Shown in pieces: positions 24,208 through 25,442 of a DNA stretch of 25,442 nt. Both the position numbers and the translations under genes were made by a program. This stretch comes from Dehalococcoidales bacterium. GTDB lineage: Bacteria; Chloroflexota; Dehalococcoidia; Dehalococcoidales; RBG-16-60-22. The notes below the pieces were generated by a model. That model saw only the letters and a program-made list of their open reading frames with translations, made no database searches and had not been told where the DNA came from. Position 1 is the first letter of the stretch. Each line of letters starts with the position of its first letter. Where the stretch lies: the NCBI GenBank assembly GCA_030639445.1, contig DAOWCR010000001.1, positions 1 to 25,442 of the forward strand. The letters run 5' to 3'.

Positions 24208-25094
24208 TGGCAAATCTGGGATTTATCGGGTTAGGTATTATGGGCAAGCCAATGACGGGCCACCTGCTGGAGGCCGGCCACACCGTCCACGTTTATGACG
24301 TGGTCCCGGGGCCGGTCAAGGAACTGGCGGCCCAGGGCGCCGTGGTCTGCGGCAGCAGCCGGGAAGTGGCCCGGAAAGCCGATATCACCATCATCATGGT
24401 GCCGGACACGCCCGATGTGGAGGCCGTCCTGTTCGGCAAGGACGGCGTGGCCGAAGGCGTCCGGTCAGGCTCTATCGTGGTGGACATGAGCTCCATCTCG
24501 CCGATTGCCACCAAGGAGTTTGCCCGGAAGCTGGCGGAAAAGGGAGTGGAAATGCTCGATGCCCCGGTTTCCGGCGGCCAGGTGGGTGCGGAAAAAGCCA
24601 CCCTCTCCATAATGGTGGGCGGCAAGACCGAGGTGTTCCAACAGATTAAACCTTACTTTGAGCTCATGGGCAAGAACATCGTCCATCTTGGCGGCAACGG
24701 GGACGGGCAGACCTGCAAGGTGGCCAATCAGATTGTGGTGGCCCTGACCATTGAGGCGGTGGCCGAAGCCCTCGTCTTCGCCGCCAAGGCCGGTGCCGAC
24801 CCCCGCAAAGTCAGGGAAGCGCTGCTCGGCGGCTTTGCCCAGAGCCGGATTCTGGACCTGCACGGGGAGCGCATGCTGGCGCGCAACTTTAACCCCGGTT
24901 TCCGCATCCGTCTGCACCAGAAAGACCTGAACCTGGCGCTGCAATCGGCACGCAGCCTCGGCGTCAGCCTGCCGAACACCGCCACCGCCCAGGAGCTATT
25001 TAATGCCATTGCCGCCAGAGGCGGCATCGACCTGGACCATTCCGCCATGGTGCAGGCGCTGGAAATGCTCGCCGAACACCAGGTCAGCGGCTAG
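24207..25094 (+). CDS. glxR: 2-hydroxy-3-oxopropionate (tartronate semialdehyde) reductase
   Basis: GFIGLGIMG, MVPDTPDVE, DMSSISP, DAPVSGG, GQTCKVANQ, FxPGFRIxLHQKDL, DHSA; start overlaps the hyi stop (TAATG). Confidence 0.9.
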   Translation: MANLGFIGLGIMGKPMTGHLLEAGHTVHVYDVVPGPVKELAAQGAVVCGSSREVARKADITIIMVPDTPDVEAVLFGKDGVAEGVRSGSIVVDMSSISPIATKEFARKLAEKGVEMLDAPVSGGQVGAEKATLSIMVGGKTEVFQQIKPYFELMGKNIVHLGGNGDGQTCKVANQIVVALTIEAVAEALVFAAKAGADPRKVREALLGGFAQSRILDLHGERMLARNFNPGFRIRLHQKDLNLALQSARSLGVSLPNTATAQELFNAIAARGGIDLDHSAMVQALEMLAEHQVSG

Positions 25095-25185
25095 GCCGCC
25101 CGCCCGGCTAAAGTGACCGGACTCGCCGGCGGCCAAATTGAGACACGGTAACTGCCGGTGGTCACCTTAATTTTCCACTGTAGGC

Positions 25186-25224
25186 TTAAAAAAGACAGGC
25201 GCCCAGCTTTAAGCTGAGCACCTG
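25186..25224 (-). terminator. Intrinsic terminator of the pilin-like gene
   Basis: Minus strand caggtgctcagc-ttaaa-gctgggcgcctg (12 bp with two G-U) followed by tctttttt. Confidence 0.7.
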
Positions 25225-25263
25225 CTTTGCACATGGCTATCCGCCGGTATTCGCTATGGATTA

Positions 25264-25442
25264 TTAGTACCCGTCGTCTACCTGGGTCACCGTGCCGTCC
25301 GCAGTGACGGTATAGGTGCCCTTGGTGGTTTGCGTGGCGACATAGTTGACCAGGCCTGTGCTGTTATCACTGTCACCGAGTCTATCGTGCTGATAGAGTA
25401 CAAAACCATTCAGGTCACTGGAGGTATAATTATCTCCATTCA
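25264..25442 (-). CDS. C-terminus of a probable type IV pilin-like protein (truncated at window edge)
   Basis: ...NGFVLYQHDRLGDSDNSTGLVNYVATQTTKGTYTVTADGTVTQVDDGY** with double TAA and a strong terminator; resembles recalled Dehalococcoidia pilin tails. The prepilin N-terminus is not in view. Confidence 0.45.
   Translation of the reverse strand, partial: NGDNYTSSDLNGFVLYQHDRLGDSDNSTGLVNYVATQTTKGTYTVTADGTVTQVDDGY

Noticed and set aside
2-25048. The many overlapping antisense or alternate-frame ORFs in the track (e.g. 360-1124, 1645-2211, 13620-14345, 16252-16923, 22640-23242)
   Set aside because: They lie on top of well-supported genes, lack motifs and RBSs, and are expected shadow ORFs in GC-rich DNA.
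1-25442. CRISPR array, tRNA/rRNA, integrase, IS element or prophage
   Set aside because: No regular repeat-spacer pattern, cloverleaf, terminal inverted repeats or recombinase/transposase ORF was seen.

Overview
A gene-dense (~60% GC) bacterial chromosomal window with 23 complete CDSs, 2 edge-truncated CDSs and one probable gene remnant. No rRNA, tRNA, CRISPR array, integrase or transposase was seen. The gene repertoire (non-pyrrolysine MttB, two UroD/MtaA-like proteins, PAC2 protein, MFS transporters starting FFYGW, pilin-like C-terminus) suggests an anaerobic Chloroflexota, probably Dehalococcoidia; this is inference only. Left half: SDR divergent from FAH-family hydrolase + mttB; recN coupled to a low-GC uncharacterised Rossmann oxidoreductase; uroD-like + D-aminoacylase-like; two divergent MFS genes; 3-hydroxyacyl-CoA dehydrogenase + stand-alone lipoyl domain; PAC2; hypothetical + YbaK. 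Right half (most interesting): three neighbouring operons whose enzymes all make or consume 3-oxopropanoate semialdehydes. These are (i) PTER-like amidohydrolase, beta-amino-acid-type transaminase and cupin; (ii) uroD-like, Fe-ADH, CoA-acylating MMSDH and a ferritin-like protein lacking metal ligands; (iii) hyi-glxR without gcl, where hyi appears to start at ATA. All motif comparisons are from memory of the families, and promoters/terminators are consensus matches by eye; nothing was searched or computed.
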